Source: Synechococcus sp. A15-28 (GTDB lineage Bacteria > Cyanobacteriota > Cyanobacteriia > PCC-6307 > Cyanobiaceae). From it: 32,000 nt of DNA. Below the pieces are notes generated by a model. The model was not told where the DNA came from and did not search any database. It saw nothing but the letters and a program-made list of their open reading frames with translations. Location of the stretch: assembly GCF_014280175.1 (NCBI RefSeq), contig NZ_CP047931.1, positions 1,230,001 to 1,262,000 on the forward strand, given 5' to 3'. This document shows positions 8,798 to 17,631 of this stretch, in pieces (the stretch's first letter is position 1; every line of letters begins with the position of its first letter). The position numbers and the translations under genes were made by a program.

Positions 8798-9679
8798 TTG
8801 ACCATCCTCGACACACGAATGCCACGGGAGCCCTTGGCAAGCCAACCCCCACCAGCCCTAGTCCTTGGCATCGACGCCGCCTGGACGGCCCACAACCCCA
8901 GTGGAGTGGCGCTGTTGCAACGGGCCGCTGAAGGTTGGCAGTGCCTGGCCCTGGCCACCAGTTATGAGGCCTTTCTTGCCCTGGCTGCGGGCCAACCCTG
9001 GGACCAGAACAGGAAAGCCCAGGGCAGTGAGCCCGATCCCGCCGCTCTGCTGGAGGCCTGCAAACAACTTGCGGGGCAACCCGTGGACTGCGTGTCGGTC
9101 GACATGCCCCTGGCAACGACTTCCATCACCAGCCGTCGGGCCGCCGACACCGCCATCGCTAGCCGCTTCGGGCCGAAGGGTTGCGCCGTGCATAGCCCAT
9201 CAGCCGAACGCCCCGGTGCCATCGCCGATCAGCTGCGTGAACGCTTCGCCGAACTCGGCGTTGCCCTGCACACCACAACTCCAGCTCGCCAAGGGCCGGC
9301 CCTGATCGAGTGTTACCCCCATGTGGCCCTGCTGGCCTTGCTCAATCGCAACTACCGTGTGCCCTACAAGGTGAGCCGCTCAGCCCTGTACTGGAAGGCG
9401 GAGCGGCCTCCGGTTGCTGAACGGGTCAAGCGTCTGCTCGCTGAATTCACCGCCATCCACCAGGCCCTCAGCCAGCGCATCAGTGCCATCCCGCTCACCC
9501 TGCCCCAACCCCACGAGGTGACCACGCTCTCATCGCTCAAGCCCGTGGAAGACATGCTCGATGCCCTGATCTGCGCCTGGATCGGCATCGAACACCTCGA
9601 AGGCCGAACTGTTGGCCTGGGTGATGCCACTGCTGCCATCTGGGTGCCTCAGGCCCTGACCAACCACTCACCAAGGTGA
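8798..9679 (+). CDS. DUF429 family protein
   Basis: LGIDAAWTAHNPSGVALL ... SVDMPLATTSITSRRAADTAIASRFGPKGCAVHSPS ... ALLALLNRNYRVPYK ... DMLDALICAWIG. Confidence 0.8.
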   Translation: MTILDTRMPREPLASQPPPALVLGIDAAWTAHNPSGVALLQRAAEGWQCLALATSYEAFLALAAGQPWDQNRKAQGSEPDPAALLEACKQLAGQPVDCVSVDMPLATTSITSRRAADTAIASRFGPKGCAVHSPSAERPGAIADQLRERFAELGVALHTTTPARQGPALIECYPHVALLALLNRNYRVPYKVSRSALYWKAERPPVAERVKRLLAEFTAIHQALSQRISAIPLTLPQPHEVTTLSSLKPVEDMLDALICAWIGIEHLEGRTVGLGDATAAIWVPQALTNHSPR

Positions 9680-9857
9680 GGCCAATCACAAACCTTAAGC
9701 ACCAACCAGGTGAACGACAAAACCGCCCAACCAGCCGATACTGACTGGAGAAGACAGGCGTTATGACCAGCTCGGCCCCGACAAGTGGACGTGACTGGAG
9801 CAAGCTTTTGATCTAACCCAAAATCGCTCACTCTCCTTTCTCAAACAACTCCCCGCC

Positions 9858-10088
9858 ATGAGCTCTTCCACCACCATGATCACCTGTACTCCGGGTGTGC
9901 GTAGTGGAAAGCCCTGCCTGGCTGGAACACGAATCAGCGTGTCTGATGTACTCGAATATCTCGCCAGTGGGATGAGCCAGGGCGAGATCCTGGCGGATTT
10001 CCCCGATCTGAAGCCAGAACACATTCAAGCCGTGCTGCGCTTCGCAGCAGAACGTGAAAAACGGCTCAGCGAACTCACCGTGGCGTGA
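9858..10088 (+). CDS. DUF433 family antitoxin-like protein
   Basis: MITCTPGVRSGKPCLAGTRISVSDVLEYLASGMSQGEILADFPDLKPEHIQAVLRFAAERE is a canonical DUF433 pattern. Confidence 0.88.
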   Translation: MSSSTTMITCTPGVRSGKPCLAGTRISVSDVLEYLASGMSQGEILADFPDLKPEHIQAVLRFAAEREKRLSELTVA

Positions 10089-10258
10089 GCGGCATGAGCC
10101 TGCTGAGAGGTGCACCGCCGAAAGTGATCTGGCTCGTGGTGGGTAACACCAGCACGACAGAACTTCTCAGAATTTTGCTCGCTCACTCCACGGCGATCGA
10201 GACTTTTATCACCGAACCGGACACCTCCCTGCTCACGATCAGCAAGCCCCGTCCATGA
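10085..10258 (+). pseudogene. N-terminally truncated DUF5615 (PIN-like) toxin remnant
   Basis: MSGMSLLRGAPPKVIWLVVGNTSTTELLRILLAHSTAIETFITEPDTSLLTISKPRP matches the C-terminal half of DUF5615; overlaps the DUF433 stop by 4 nt (GTGA). The N-terminal 'DENL' half is absent. Confidence 0.75.
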
Positions 10259-10283
10259 GCCTCTCCGCCACCACCAACAAACC

Positions 10284-10694
10284 ATGATCAGCGCCCTGCT
10301 CAACATCCTCTGGGTTGTGCTCGGAGGTTTCGTGATGGCCCTGGGCTAGTGGCTGGCCGGGCTGCTGTGCGCGATCACGATCATCGGGCTGCCCTGGGCG
10401 CGCTCCTGCTTTGTGATCGGCAGGTTCTCGCTATGGCCGTTCGGGCAGGAAGCCGTGAACCGCGAGGAATTGAGCGGACGCGGTGATCTGAGCACAGGGC
10501 CGCTGGGGCTGATCGGCAACGTGCTCTTGTTTCTGGTGGCGGGCTGGTGGTTGGCGATCGGCCACCTCAGCTCCGCCCTCGCCTGTTTCGTGAGCATCGT
10601 GGCCATTCCCTTCGGAATTCAGCACATCAAGCTGGCTTTGATCGCGTTGAAACCCGTTGGCATGACAGTGGTGCCGGTGCGGTCGGCGGGCTGA
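10284..10694 (+). pseudogene. yccF: YccF-family membrane protein interrupted by in-frame TAG (10347-10349)
   Basis: MISALLNILWVVLGGFVMALG*WLAGLLCAITIIGLPWARSCFVIGRFSLWPFGQEAVNRE...LGLIGNVLLFLVAGWWLAIGHLSSALACFVSIVAIPFGIQHIKLALIALKPVG; both sides of the stop are in the same frame and match YccF. Confidence 0.85.
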
Positions 10695-10700
10695 ATGGCC

Positions 10701-11309
10701 TCAATCCAGCGATGGCGGCGTGAAGGTGTCGGCCACCGCCACGATCCAACGGGCAGCAGCAGCCGCCACCTTTTCCTTGGTGACGTTGAACTCCAGGTCG
10801 TGGCCTGCGGAGAGCAGATCGGGAATGATCGTTTGCCAGGCCATGCCGGCGGCACTGGCTTTGAGATCACCGATCAGCACAAAAGCCTTGGCAGCACCGG
10901 CCACCGCAGCGGTGTACTCGGCATTGGCCGACACCTTGCTGCGATACCAGTCGCTCACCTGATCACGCTGGGCCTTGCTCAGAAACGGCGGTGCCCCCAC
11001 CAAATAGGCATCAAGCACCAGCATCGGGCTGGGCACGCTCTGGCCGGGATGCTTGAGCGCAAACCAGGCCTGGCCGATTGAGGCCGCATCGGGCCAATGG
11101 CAGAGGATCGCGGCGTCCTGACTGTCGAGTGAACGCTGCGCCGCCAGCGCATCAATGCGTTCGAGCAATTCCGGACCAGTGACCGGCGGCTCGGTGCGGG
11201 AGTGTTCAGCCCGGGCTTCATTGATCGCCTCAGCCACCGCCGCTTCGTTCTGCCCCAACTGCTGCAGAGCCCGCTTGAGGTTGGCATCGGCATCGGCGGG
11301 ACTGGTCAA
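10701..11309 (-). CDS. Hypothetical protein (202 aa)
   Basis: Long ORF with plausible protein composition. Confidence 0.7.
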   Translation of the reverse strand: MTSPADADANLKRALQQLGQNEAAVAEAINEARAEHSRTEPPVTGPELLERIDALAAQRSLDSQDAAILCHWPDAASIGQAWFALKHPGQSVPSPMLVLDAYLVGAPPFLSKAQRDQVSDWYRSKVSANAEYTAAVAGAAKAFVLIGDLKASAAGMAWQTIIPDLLSAGHDLEFNVTKEKVAAAAARWIVAVADTFTPPSLD

Positions 11310-11339
11310 GGGTGATCGCGCAGGGGTGAATCCACGATG

Positions 11340-11744
11340 TCATTGATGATCATCTCGTCGTCGCAGGCGAGCCCCATCCCACGACGCTGTCGACAGGATG
11401 TCTCTCAGCTGATCAAGAACAGCTTGCTTTTGATCATTCCAAGCCCCCTGCTTCACAGTGATCAGATACTCATGTTGAACGCCAGTTCCCCTGATGCGTG
11501 AAGCTGCAATCGCCAGGTCGTCGTAACCAAGTGGGAAAGCAGCATCGGGAGTCAACCCGAGAATGCCCTCAGAAACGAACAGAAGAAAATCAAACAGCAC
11601 CGGGCTGAAGTATTCGTCATCCGGATTCAGGTCACCGCACGACACCATCTGGTCTCTGGTCTGCGGCGTATAGGTCACAAACGAGAAGCACAACGGATGG
11701 CCCGTGTTCTGCAGGTACAAACCTCTGAAACGCTGGCGACTCAT
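11340..11744 (-). CDS. Hypothetical protein (134 aa)
   Basis: ORF; 4-nt overlap with the upstream gene 11741..11986. Confidence 0.6.
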   Translation of the reverse strand: MSRQRFRGLYLQNTGHPLCFSFVTYTPQTRDQMVSCGDLNPDDEYFSPVLFDFLLFVSEGILGLTPDAAFPLGYDDLAIAASRIRGTGVQHEYLITVKQGAWNDQKQAVLDQLRDILSTASWDGARLRRRDDHQ

Positions 11745-11986
11745 CGGTGGGATTCCGGATTCATGCCAGGCCTTTGAGCCACATCACTGCGGGCGGGCTG
11801 CTTCATCACGTCAGGGCCAAGGTTGAGATCAGGCTTCAGCCGTAGGGCCATCCACAGAAGCATGGCGGCACACTCATCATCTGTGGAGCCGTAGTCGTAT
11901 TGCCAATCCTTCACCATCGCCACGAGCTCCTGCTGGGCATGGCGGATGAATTCATCAGTCCATTCCTGCATCCTCTTGCCCTCCAC
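11741..11986 (-). CDS. Hypothetical protein (81 aa)
   Basis: MQEWTDEFIRHAQQELVAMVKDWQYDYGSTDDECAAMLLWMALRLKP; plausible composition, overlaps the downstream ORF start. Confidence 0.55.
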   Translation of the reverse strand: MEGKRMQEWTDEFIRHAQQELVAMVKDWQYDYGSTDDECAAMLLWMALRLKPDLNLGPDVMKQPARSDVAQRPGMNPESHR

Positions 11987-12021
11987 TCAGCGCAAGGCAT
12001 CAGCGCAAAGCAGACGCCATC

Positions 12022-12294
12022 TCAATCTTGATCAAGCTCGTCGTCTTGAACGTAGAAGGGTTCATCGATTCCGGGCTCATTGTTCTGCAGAACAAAATCT
12101 TTCAAACAATCATCGCTTTCAAACACAAACAGATCGTCCTGTTCAGGATGCACACCCTGCATCTCGGGATGGCGATTCACAAGACGCGTGATCTTGCGGC
12201 GCTCCCGCACAAATCCCGATCCCTTTTCAACCAGATAAACCAACAAAGCCAGGTCGACCAACACAAGAGTGACCATTTCCAATATCTGCATCAC
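12022..12294 (-). CDS. Hypothetical protein with N-terminal transmembrane segment
   Basis: MMQILEMVTLVLVDLALLVYLVEKGSGF then acidic C-terminus. Confidence 0.5.
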   Translation of the reverse strand: MMQILEMVTLVLVDLALLVYLVEKGSGFVRERRKITRLVNRHPEMQGVHPEQDDLFVFESDDCLKDFVLQNNEPGIDEPFYVQDDELDQD

Positions 12295-12384
12295 GCGCGA
12301 ACCATCACTGAAATGACCCTAGCGAGAGAGCCATGAATGGCACTCAGCACAAACGCCTGAAACCAACAACAAACAACTACCGGC

Positions 12385-14028
12385 TCAACGTGAACCCGCG
12401 AACCAGGGCCAGCGCAGACCCGCCGCCTCCAGGGGATTCATCACCAGTTTGTTGAGGGCCCGGCCGAGCACCACCTGCGGTTCATCCGGGCGGATTGGAA
12501 TCACACGGTGTTCGTCGGAGCCCGTTCCGCGCACAACCCCTCGCCGCAGCAGCGAATTGGCCGCCTCCAGGCCGCACACATAGGCCCGCTCCTGACAAAG
12601 GCCCTTGGCGCCATGCTCCCGCTCCCCCATGCGCACCCAGTCGCCGGAGCACACCACCGCCTCAAGCGATGTCTCCAGCGGCGGGCGTTGCTGAAAGCTG
12701 CCGGGAGAAAACAACGACACCGATCCCGGATAACGCCGCACCTCCTGATCCACCACCTGCGCATGGCGGAAGGCCGATTGCACCTGCGGCAGCAACTGCT
12801 GCATCAAGGCATCAACGATCTCCTGATCGCTCTGCTCAGCAATGGCACTGGCGTTGTAGAAGTCGCTGGCGATCACTGACCCCTGCACCGGCTGATCCCC
12901 CCACAGGGCCTGCTCGTTGTCGGCCTGCAGTTGATCCAGCATGAAGAAGGTGGCGCCGGCCCCCTTCAAGGCCGCGAAACGGGAGAAGACATTGGCGGGA
13001 TCGTCAACGGCAATGGAGCGATCCAGCCACAGCCGCACCGACACCACATCGATCGCGCCGAGTCCACCGGCCCGCGCCAGCTCCGGTGCCAAGGCAGCGC
13101 ACTCCGCTGATCTGGCCATCAGAGACCCCATGCCTCGGGCCCCCACCGCCAGCACCACGGCATCCACGTCGTCGATCACACCCGTCTCGCCGGTCGCCAG
13201 CGATCGCGTCTCCAGCGAGTCAGTGGCACCGGTGGGGGAGACGTTCAAGCGTGAAGCAAACGTGCCGCCCAGGACCTGCAGCTGATGCGCATCGCAAAGA
13301 CGGCGGCTCAGGGGGGCAAGCAGTTGCTCACCGATGCTCTTGCACTTGATCCAGCGCACATCAAAGGAATCCTGGTGCGCCAGGGCGTAGTAGTAGAGCA
13401 GCTCCATCGTCACCGCCGCCGACAGCTCCTCCGGTGGCTTGAACAGTCCCACCAGCAGGATCGGCCGCAGGAACTCGTTGATCATCCGCTCGCTGATCCG
13501 CAGTTGCCGGAACAGCGTGAGCGCATCAAGGGCGTCGTAGCACTCATACACCGCAGGGCTGCGGTTCAGATCGAGCATCGCCACCAGCAGTCCGGCGATG
13601 CTGAGTCGATCGGCTACCGGCAGGCGCTTGAAATTGTTGATCGTGGCGAAGGCCTGCCCCAACGGACTGGGCAACTGCGGGCCATCACCAAATACCGGTG
13701 CCGTGGCCTCCAACCCCTGGGGCGACCAGAAGGCACTGCTGGTGAACGGGGTGAACACATCGCTCAGCCCAAGTTCTTCGCAGAGCGCATTGATGTTGGG
13801 GTAATCCCGCCAGAACCCGCGGGTGCCGGCTTCAAACGGCTTACCGCTGGCGGTGGTCAGCGGCGTGCTGCCGGTGGGATCCGCCAGGCCATCCACAAGG
13901 GTGACGCGCACCCCGGCTTCACAGAGCGCTTTGGCCGCACCCCATCCCCCCCAGCCGGCACCAACCACCACCACATGCGAAGGGTTGGCCGCCGATTGCT
14001 GCTGCACCGCCATCCCTGACCCCGCCAC
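12385..14028 (-). CDS. FAD-dependent amine oxidase / carotenoid-desaturase-like oxidoreductase
   Basis: HVVVVGAGWGGWGAAKALCEAGVRVTLVDG dinucleotide-binding motif; C-terminal YVCGLEAANSLL. Confidence 0.88.
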   Translation of the reverse strand: MAGSGMAVQQQSAANPSHVVVVGAGWGGWGAAKALCEAGVRVTLVDGLADPTGSTPLTTASGKPFEAGTRGFWRDYPNINALCEELGLSDVFTPFTSSAFWSPQGLEATAPVFGDGPQLPSPLGQAFATINNFKRLPVADRLSIAGLLVAMLDLNRSPAVYECYDALDALTLFRQLRISERMINEFLRPILLVGLFKPPEELSAAVTMELLYYYALAHQDSFDVRWIKCKSIGEQLLAPLSRRLCDAHQLQVLGGTFASRLNVSPTGATDSLETRSLATGETGVIDDVDAVVLAVGARGMGSLMARSAECAALAPELARAGGLGAIDVVSVRLWLDRSIAVDDPANVFSRFAALKGAGATFFMLDQLQADNEQALWGDQPVQGSVIASDFYNASAIAEQSDQEIVDALMQQLLPQVQSAFRHAQVVDQEVRRYPGSVSLFSPGSFQQRPPLETSLEAVVCSGDWVRMGEREHGAKGLCQERAYVCGLEAANSLLRRGVVRGTGSDEHRVIPIRPDEPQVVLGRALNKLVMNPLEAAGLRWPWFAGSR

Positions 14029-14084
14029 CGCTGAAGGCCGACAAGCTAGGCAGGGTTCACCCTGGCCCCGAAGCCGCTGCCCTG

Positions 14085-15839
14085 ATGTTGCGTGCCCTGC
14101 TGCTGATCCTCGGCCTCTGCATCAGCAGCACCAGCGCAGCCGCCGCACCGGTGAGCCGCGACGACCCGGAATCCGCCGATCCCGGCCAAGCCGCCATCTC
14201 CACCGCCGCAGGTGATGCGGTGGTCGTTACCGCCAATCCCCGCGCCAGCCGGGCCGTTGTGGCAGTACTCAAGGCCGGCGGTTCGGCAGTGGATGCCCTG
14301 GTGAGCGCCCAGGCGGTGCTGGCCGTGGTGGAACCGCAGAGTTCCGGCCTGGCCGGTGGTGGTTTTCTGATGCACTGGGATGCCCGGCAGCAACAGCTGC
14401 AGGTGCTCGATGGCCGTGAGGTCGCCCCCCTGAGCAGCCGTCCGGACGATCTGCTGCAGCCCTCCGGCGAACCGCTGCCCTGGCGCGAGGCCACCAGCCG
14501 CCCGGAGGCCATCGGTGTGCCTGGCACCGTGGCTCTGCTCTGGGACGTCCATCAACAGCACGGTCGCCTGCCCTGGGCCACCACGTTGCAGCCGGCCATC
14601 CGTCTTGCCCGTGATGGGTTCCGCCCCAGCCCCCGCCTGCGCCGTTCCATCGGCATCGCCCAACGCATCGGCGTGGACCACAGCCCGGCCTTTCAGGCGC
14701 TGTATCTGCCCGGCGGCCAACCGCCTCCGGCCAACCGGCCCTTCCGCAATCCGGCCCTGGCCCGCACCCTGGAGCTGCTGGCCAAGGACGGCGGCCCGTC
14801 CTTCTACAAAGGCGAACTGGCCCAGCAGATCCTTGCCGGGATGGCTGCCCTGCAGACCGACCAGCCCGACTTCCGCGGCTGGAACCCTGCCGATCTGGCT
14901 GGCTACGCCGTGGTTCAGCGCTCACCGCTCTGCCACCGGCTGCGCAGCTACCGGCTCTGCACGGTGCCGCCACCGAGCAGCGGCGGGCTGGCGGTGTTGC
15001 AGACCCTGGCACTGCTGAACCAGAGCAACGCATTGAGCGACCCTGCCGATCCGCAGACCTGGCGGCTGCTGGCGCGAGCCCAGGCCTGGGCTGATGCCGA
15101 TCGCCTCTACTGGGTGCACGACCCCATGGATGGGGCCATTCCGACAGGCCCCTTGCTGGATCCCGTCTACATCCAGTCCCGCGCCATTGCCCTGCAGACC
15201 TCCCCCGCGGCTCGCCCGACTCCGGGGCTGCCCCCTGGCCTGGCGGCCTACCCCTATGCGCTGCCGGAGCAAAGCCGCGAACAGGGCACCACCCATCTGG
15301 CGATCGTCGATGGCCAGGGAAACCTCGCTGCTTACACCAGCTCGGTGGAAACGGTCTTCGGCAGCCGCCATCTCGTGGCGGGAATGGTGCTGAACAACCA
15401 GCTCACCGACTTTGCCTTCCGCCCCAGCATCAACGGCCAGCCGGTGGCCAACCGCCGCCGGCCCGGTCGTCGGCCGGTGTCGTCGATGGCTCCGATGATC
15501 GTGTTCGAGCGGGGACAACCGCTGCTGTCGGTCGGCAGTCCCGGCGGACGCAGCATCCCCCACGTGCTCAGCCGCGTGCTGCTGGCCTCCCTGATCTGGC
15601 GTGAGCCACCGACACGGGCCGTCGGGCTGCCGCATCTGTCGCGGCGCCGCAATGGATTGGTGCTGGAACAGGATCCGCCCCTCCCCTGGCCCGTTGCCCT
15701 CGACCAACTCACTCCCGGTGATCAACCGATCCGTCGCCAACGCCTAGGCAGCGGCACCGCCCTGCTGCAGAAGATCAACGGCCGCTGGCACGGAGCAGCC
15801 GACCCCCGCCGGGAGGGCACTGCCCTGTCAGCTGACTGA
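14085..15839 (+). CDS. ggt: Gamma-glutamyltransferase
   Basis: VVTANPRASRAVVAVLKAGGSAVDALVSAQAVLAVVEPQSSGLAGGGFLMHWD; EQGTTHLAIVDGQGNLAAYTSSVE (catalytic Thr); RRRPGRRPVSSMAPMIVF; VGSPGGRSIPH. Confidence 0.95.
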   Translation: MLRALLLILGLCISSTSAAAAPVSRDDPESADPGQAAISTAAGDAVVVTANPRASRAVVAVLKAGGSAVDALVSAQAVLAVVEPQSSGLAGGGFLMHWDARQQQLQVLDGREVAPLSSRPDDLLQPSGEPLPWREATSRPEAIGVPGTVALLWDVHQQHGRLPWATTLQPAIRLARDGFRPSPRLRRSIGIAQRIGVDHSPAFQALYLPGGQPPPANRPFRNPALARTLELLAKDGGPSFYKGELAQQILAGMAALQTDQPDFRGWNPADLAGYAVVQRSPLCHRLRSYRLCTVPPPSSGGLAVLQTLALLNQSNALSDPADPQTWRLLARAQAWADADRLYWVHDPMDGAIPTGPLLDPVYIQSRAIALQTSPAARPTPGLPPGLAAYPYALPEQSREQGTTHLAIVDGQGNLAAYTSSVETVFGSRHLVAGMVLNNQLTDFAFRPSINGQPVANRRRPGRRPVSSMAPMIVFERGQPLLSVGSPGGRSIPHVLSRVLLASLIWREPPTRAVGLPHLSRRRNGLVLEQDPPLPWPVALDQLTPGDQPIRRQRLGSGTALLQKINGRWHGAADPRREGTALSAD

Positions 15840-15878
15840 CGAATCCCAGCAGGATGGTGTTCCAAATGTGCGCTGCTG

Positions 15879-16076
15879 ATGAAGAGCTTCGAGGACACGG
15901 ACCCACGGCCCTACGACCGCCACCGCTATCGGGTGCAGTTCCGCGATGGCTCGTTCAAGGACACCGGCAGCTACGCCGAAGCCACCGATCTCTGGTACTC
16001 AAGTCGGATCAAGCCACGGGTGATTGAGGTGCTGCCCGCCACCAAACCATCCCGCCCGCGTGGCGGCTATGGCTGA
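15879..16076 (+). CDS. Small hypothetical protein (65 aa)
   Basis: MKSFEDTDPRPYDRHRYRVQFRDGSFKDTGSYAEATDLWYSSRIKPRVIEVLPATKPSRPRGGYG. Confidence 0.5.
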   Translation: MKSFEDTDPRPYDRHRYRVQFRDGSFKDTGSYAEATDLWYSSRIKPRVIEVLPATKPSRPRGGYG

Positions 16077-16080
16077 GGCT

Positions 16081-16245
16081 TCAGTCAAGCGAAAACTCTC
16101 CGCGAAGAGCTCGCGCATCCTGAATGCGCTGCTCCTTTGCCAAAAGACGCAGCCGCGTGTTGAGCCAGAAGCGCAACCGATCGGACGACACCGACTTGTT
16201 CAGCAGCGCATCCGAAGGTTCAGGTTCACCGAAGGGAATCGTCAC
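16081..16245 (-). CDS. Small hypothetical protein (54 aa), GTG start overlapping the DUF427 stop by 4 nt
   Basis: MTIPFGEPEPSDALLNKSVSSDRLRFWLNTRLRLLAKEQRIQDARALRGEFSLD; GTGA overlap suggests translational coupling. Confidence 0.5.
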   Translation of the reverse strand: MTIPFGEPEPSDALLNKSVSSDRLRFWLNTRLRLLAKEQRIQDARALRGEFSLD

Positions 16246-16526
16246 TTCAGCTCCACCCCTTTGCCCCGGTAGAAGGCGAAGCGTTCACGGATTGATTCGG
16301 CGTCTGGCTTGGGGGTGTCGTAGGCCCAAACGGCGTTGCGGATCACCTGATCGCCAACCACCACATCCCAGTAGCGAGCCGTGCCTTTCCATCCACAGAC
16401 CGTGGTGTGATCGGACGCGCGGAAGAACTCCTCTGCCATAGCAGCGCGGGGGAAATAGGGGTTGCCATCCACCATCACGATGTCATCGCTGTCAGCCAGG
16501 ACCGTGCCGTTGAAGATCGCCTGCAT
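16242..16526 (-). CDS. DUF427 domain protein
   Basis: MQAIFNGTVLADSDDIVMVDGNPYFPRAA...TTVCGWKGTARYWDVVVGDQVIRNAVWAYDTPKP. Confidence 0.9.
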   Translation of the reverse strand: MQAIFNGTVLADSDDIVMVDGNPYFPRAAMAEEFFRASDHTTVCGWKGTARYWDVVVGDQVIRNAVWAYDTPKPDAESIRERFAFYRGKGVELK

Positions 16527-16576
16527 GATCTGGCACCGTTCGTCGCTGGGCGCAGGCTAGAAAATCTGTCCCGGAA

Positions 16577-16792
16577 TCAGTTGTATTCACCAGGCGTCTC
16601 CTGCTTGGACACCGTCACCCGCCCCACCTTGTTGCCGGAGAACCGCAGCAATTCATCCCCGCTGAAGGAATAGCCCAGCCCGCCGGCAATCTTGGCGACA
16701 TCATCGGCTGTGGATGCCGCCAGCACTGACTGCTTCAGGGCCTCGTCGTCCTGCAGACGCAGCAGGAAGCCTTTCAGTTGATCGAGAGCCAT
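16577..16792 (-). CDS. Nif11-like leader-peptide family protein (start trimmed to MALDQLKGF)
   Basis: MALDQLKGFLLRLQDDEALKQSVLAASTADDVAKIAGGLGYSFSGDELLRFS matches the Nif11 pattern. Confidence 0.82.
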   Translation of the reverse strand: MALDQLKGFLLRLQDDEALKQSVLAASTADDVAKIAGGLGYSFSGDELLRFSGNKVGRVTVSKQETPGEYN

Positions 16793-16832
16793 CGCCCGCC
16801 TCAGCGAAGGGCCGTGAACCGTAAACGACGAC

Positions 16833-17009
16833 TCAGGATGCGATCGACAGATCCGAACCGTCATCGATCTGCAAGTGAGTCGTCAGACAAGTGGTGACAC
16901 AGGTCTGGTCATGGATGTCGCAGGCGCTGATGCAGACGAAATACTCATCGTGGGCCTGCCACCGTTCGCCAATGGATTGGTGTTGATGTTCCTGCTTGAG
17001 TGAGTACAT
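16833..17009 (-). CDS. Small Cys/His-rich hypothetical protein (58 aa)
   Basis: MYSLKQEHQHQSIGERWQAHDEYFVCISACDIHDQTCVTTCLTTHLQIDDGSDLSIAS; below track cutoff. Confidence 0.4.
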   Translation of the reverse strand: MYSLKQEHQHQSIGERWQAHDEYFVCISACDIHDQTCVTTCLTTHLQIDDGSDLSIAS

Positions 17010-17187
17010 CTGAATTCTTGCGAGTGCGACACCTTTACGAGCAGCCTTGATGGCTAGTCAATAAAAACATTGCGGAGAATAAAATACTTAGGGAAATAAT
17101 CTCAGGAAGAAATACTTATCCGGATCGTGAACAAGCCTTGCCGCCGGTTGTCATCTGGGCGACAAACCACAAGAGTGAAACCAGCGC

Positions 17188-17361
17188 ATGGACGAGGTCA
17201 TGGAATTCAAAAGCCGCATCTTTGCCAACTCACAAGGTCAAACAATCGACGCCGTTGGCAACGGCCGCTACCTGGTCTGCCATCAGACCAGCTGCGTCAT
17301 GGTGAAAGGCTGGCGCCAGGCCCAGACTGCCTTGAAACGCCAGGAGTCACCGATGGCATGA
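17188..17361 (+). CDS. Small hypothetical protein (57 aa)
   Basis: MDEVMEFKSRIFANSQGQTIDAVGNGRYLVCHQTSCVMVKGWRQAQTALKRQESPMA; below track cutoff. Confidence 0.4.
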   Translation: MDEVMEFKSRIFANSQGQTIDAVGNGRYLVCHQTSCVMVKGWRQAQTALKRQESPMA

Positions 17362-17392
17362 AGCAGGGCGAGCCACCTCCGGACGTCTGGCC

Positions 17393-17605
17393 TCAGAGGG
17401 TCTGCCAGGTGCTGGTGAGCCACTGGGGGGCAACGCTCCACCAGACTGCGACAGCCACAAAAATGGCCATCAAGCCAATGAGGCTGGTGATCAGCGTTTC
17501 TTCGCGCTGAGCATCGGACGTGACTTTTCTGACTTTTCCCAAGGATCGATCGGTCTCTGCTGATGGTGTAGGTCGGCAGAAATCGATCGTCATCGGTGAA
17601 AACAC
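17393..17605 (-). CDS. Small hypothetical with C-terminal transmembrane segment (start uncertain)
   Basis: TLITSLIGLMAIFVAVAVWWSVAPQWL hydrophobic stretch; the N-terminal half may not be translated. Confidence 0.3.
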   Translation of the reverse strand: MFSPMTIDFCRPTPSAETDRSLGKVRKVTSDAQREETLITSLIGLMAIFVAVAVWWSVAPQWLTSTWQTL

Positions 17606-17631
17606 CGACCGTTCAATAGACGCCGAAGACG

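Noticed and set aside
13285-14019. 244-aa + strand ORF
   Set aside because: Antisense shadow of the FAD oxidoreductase.
14269-15740. Minus-strand ORFs 14269..15033 and 14922..15740
   Set aside because: Antisense shadows of ggt with R/G/A-rich composition.
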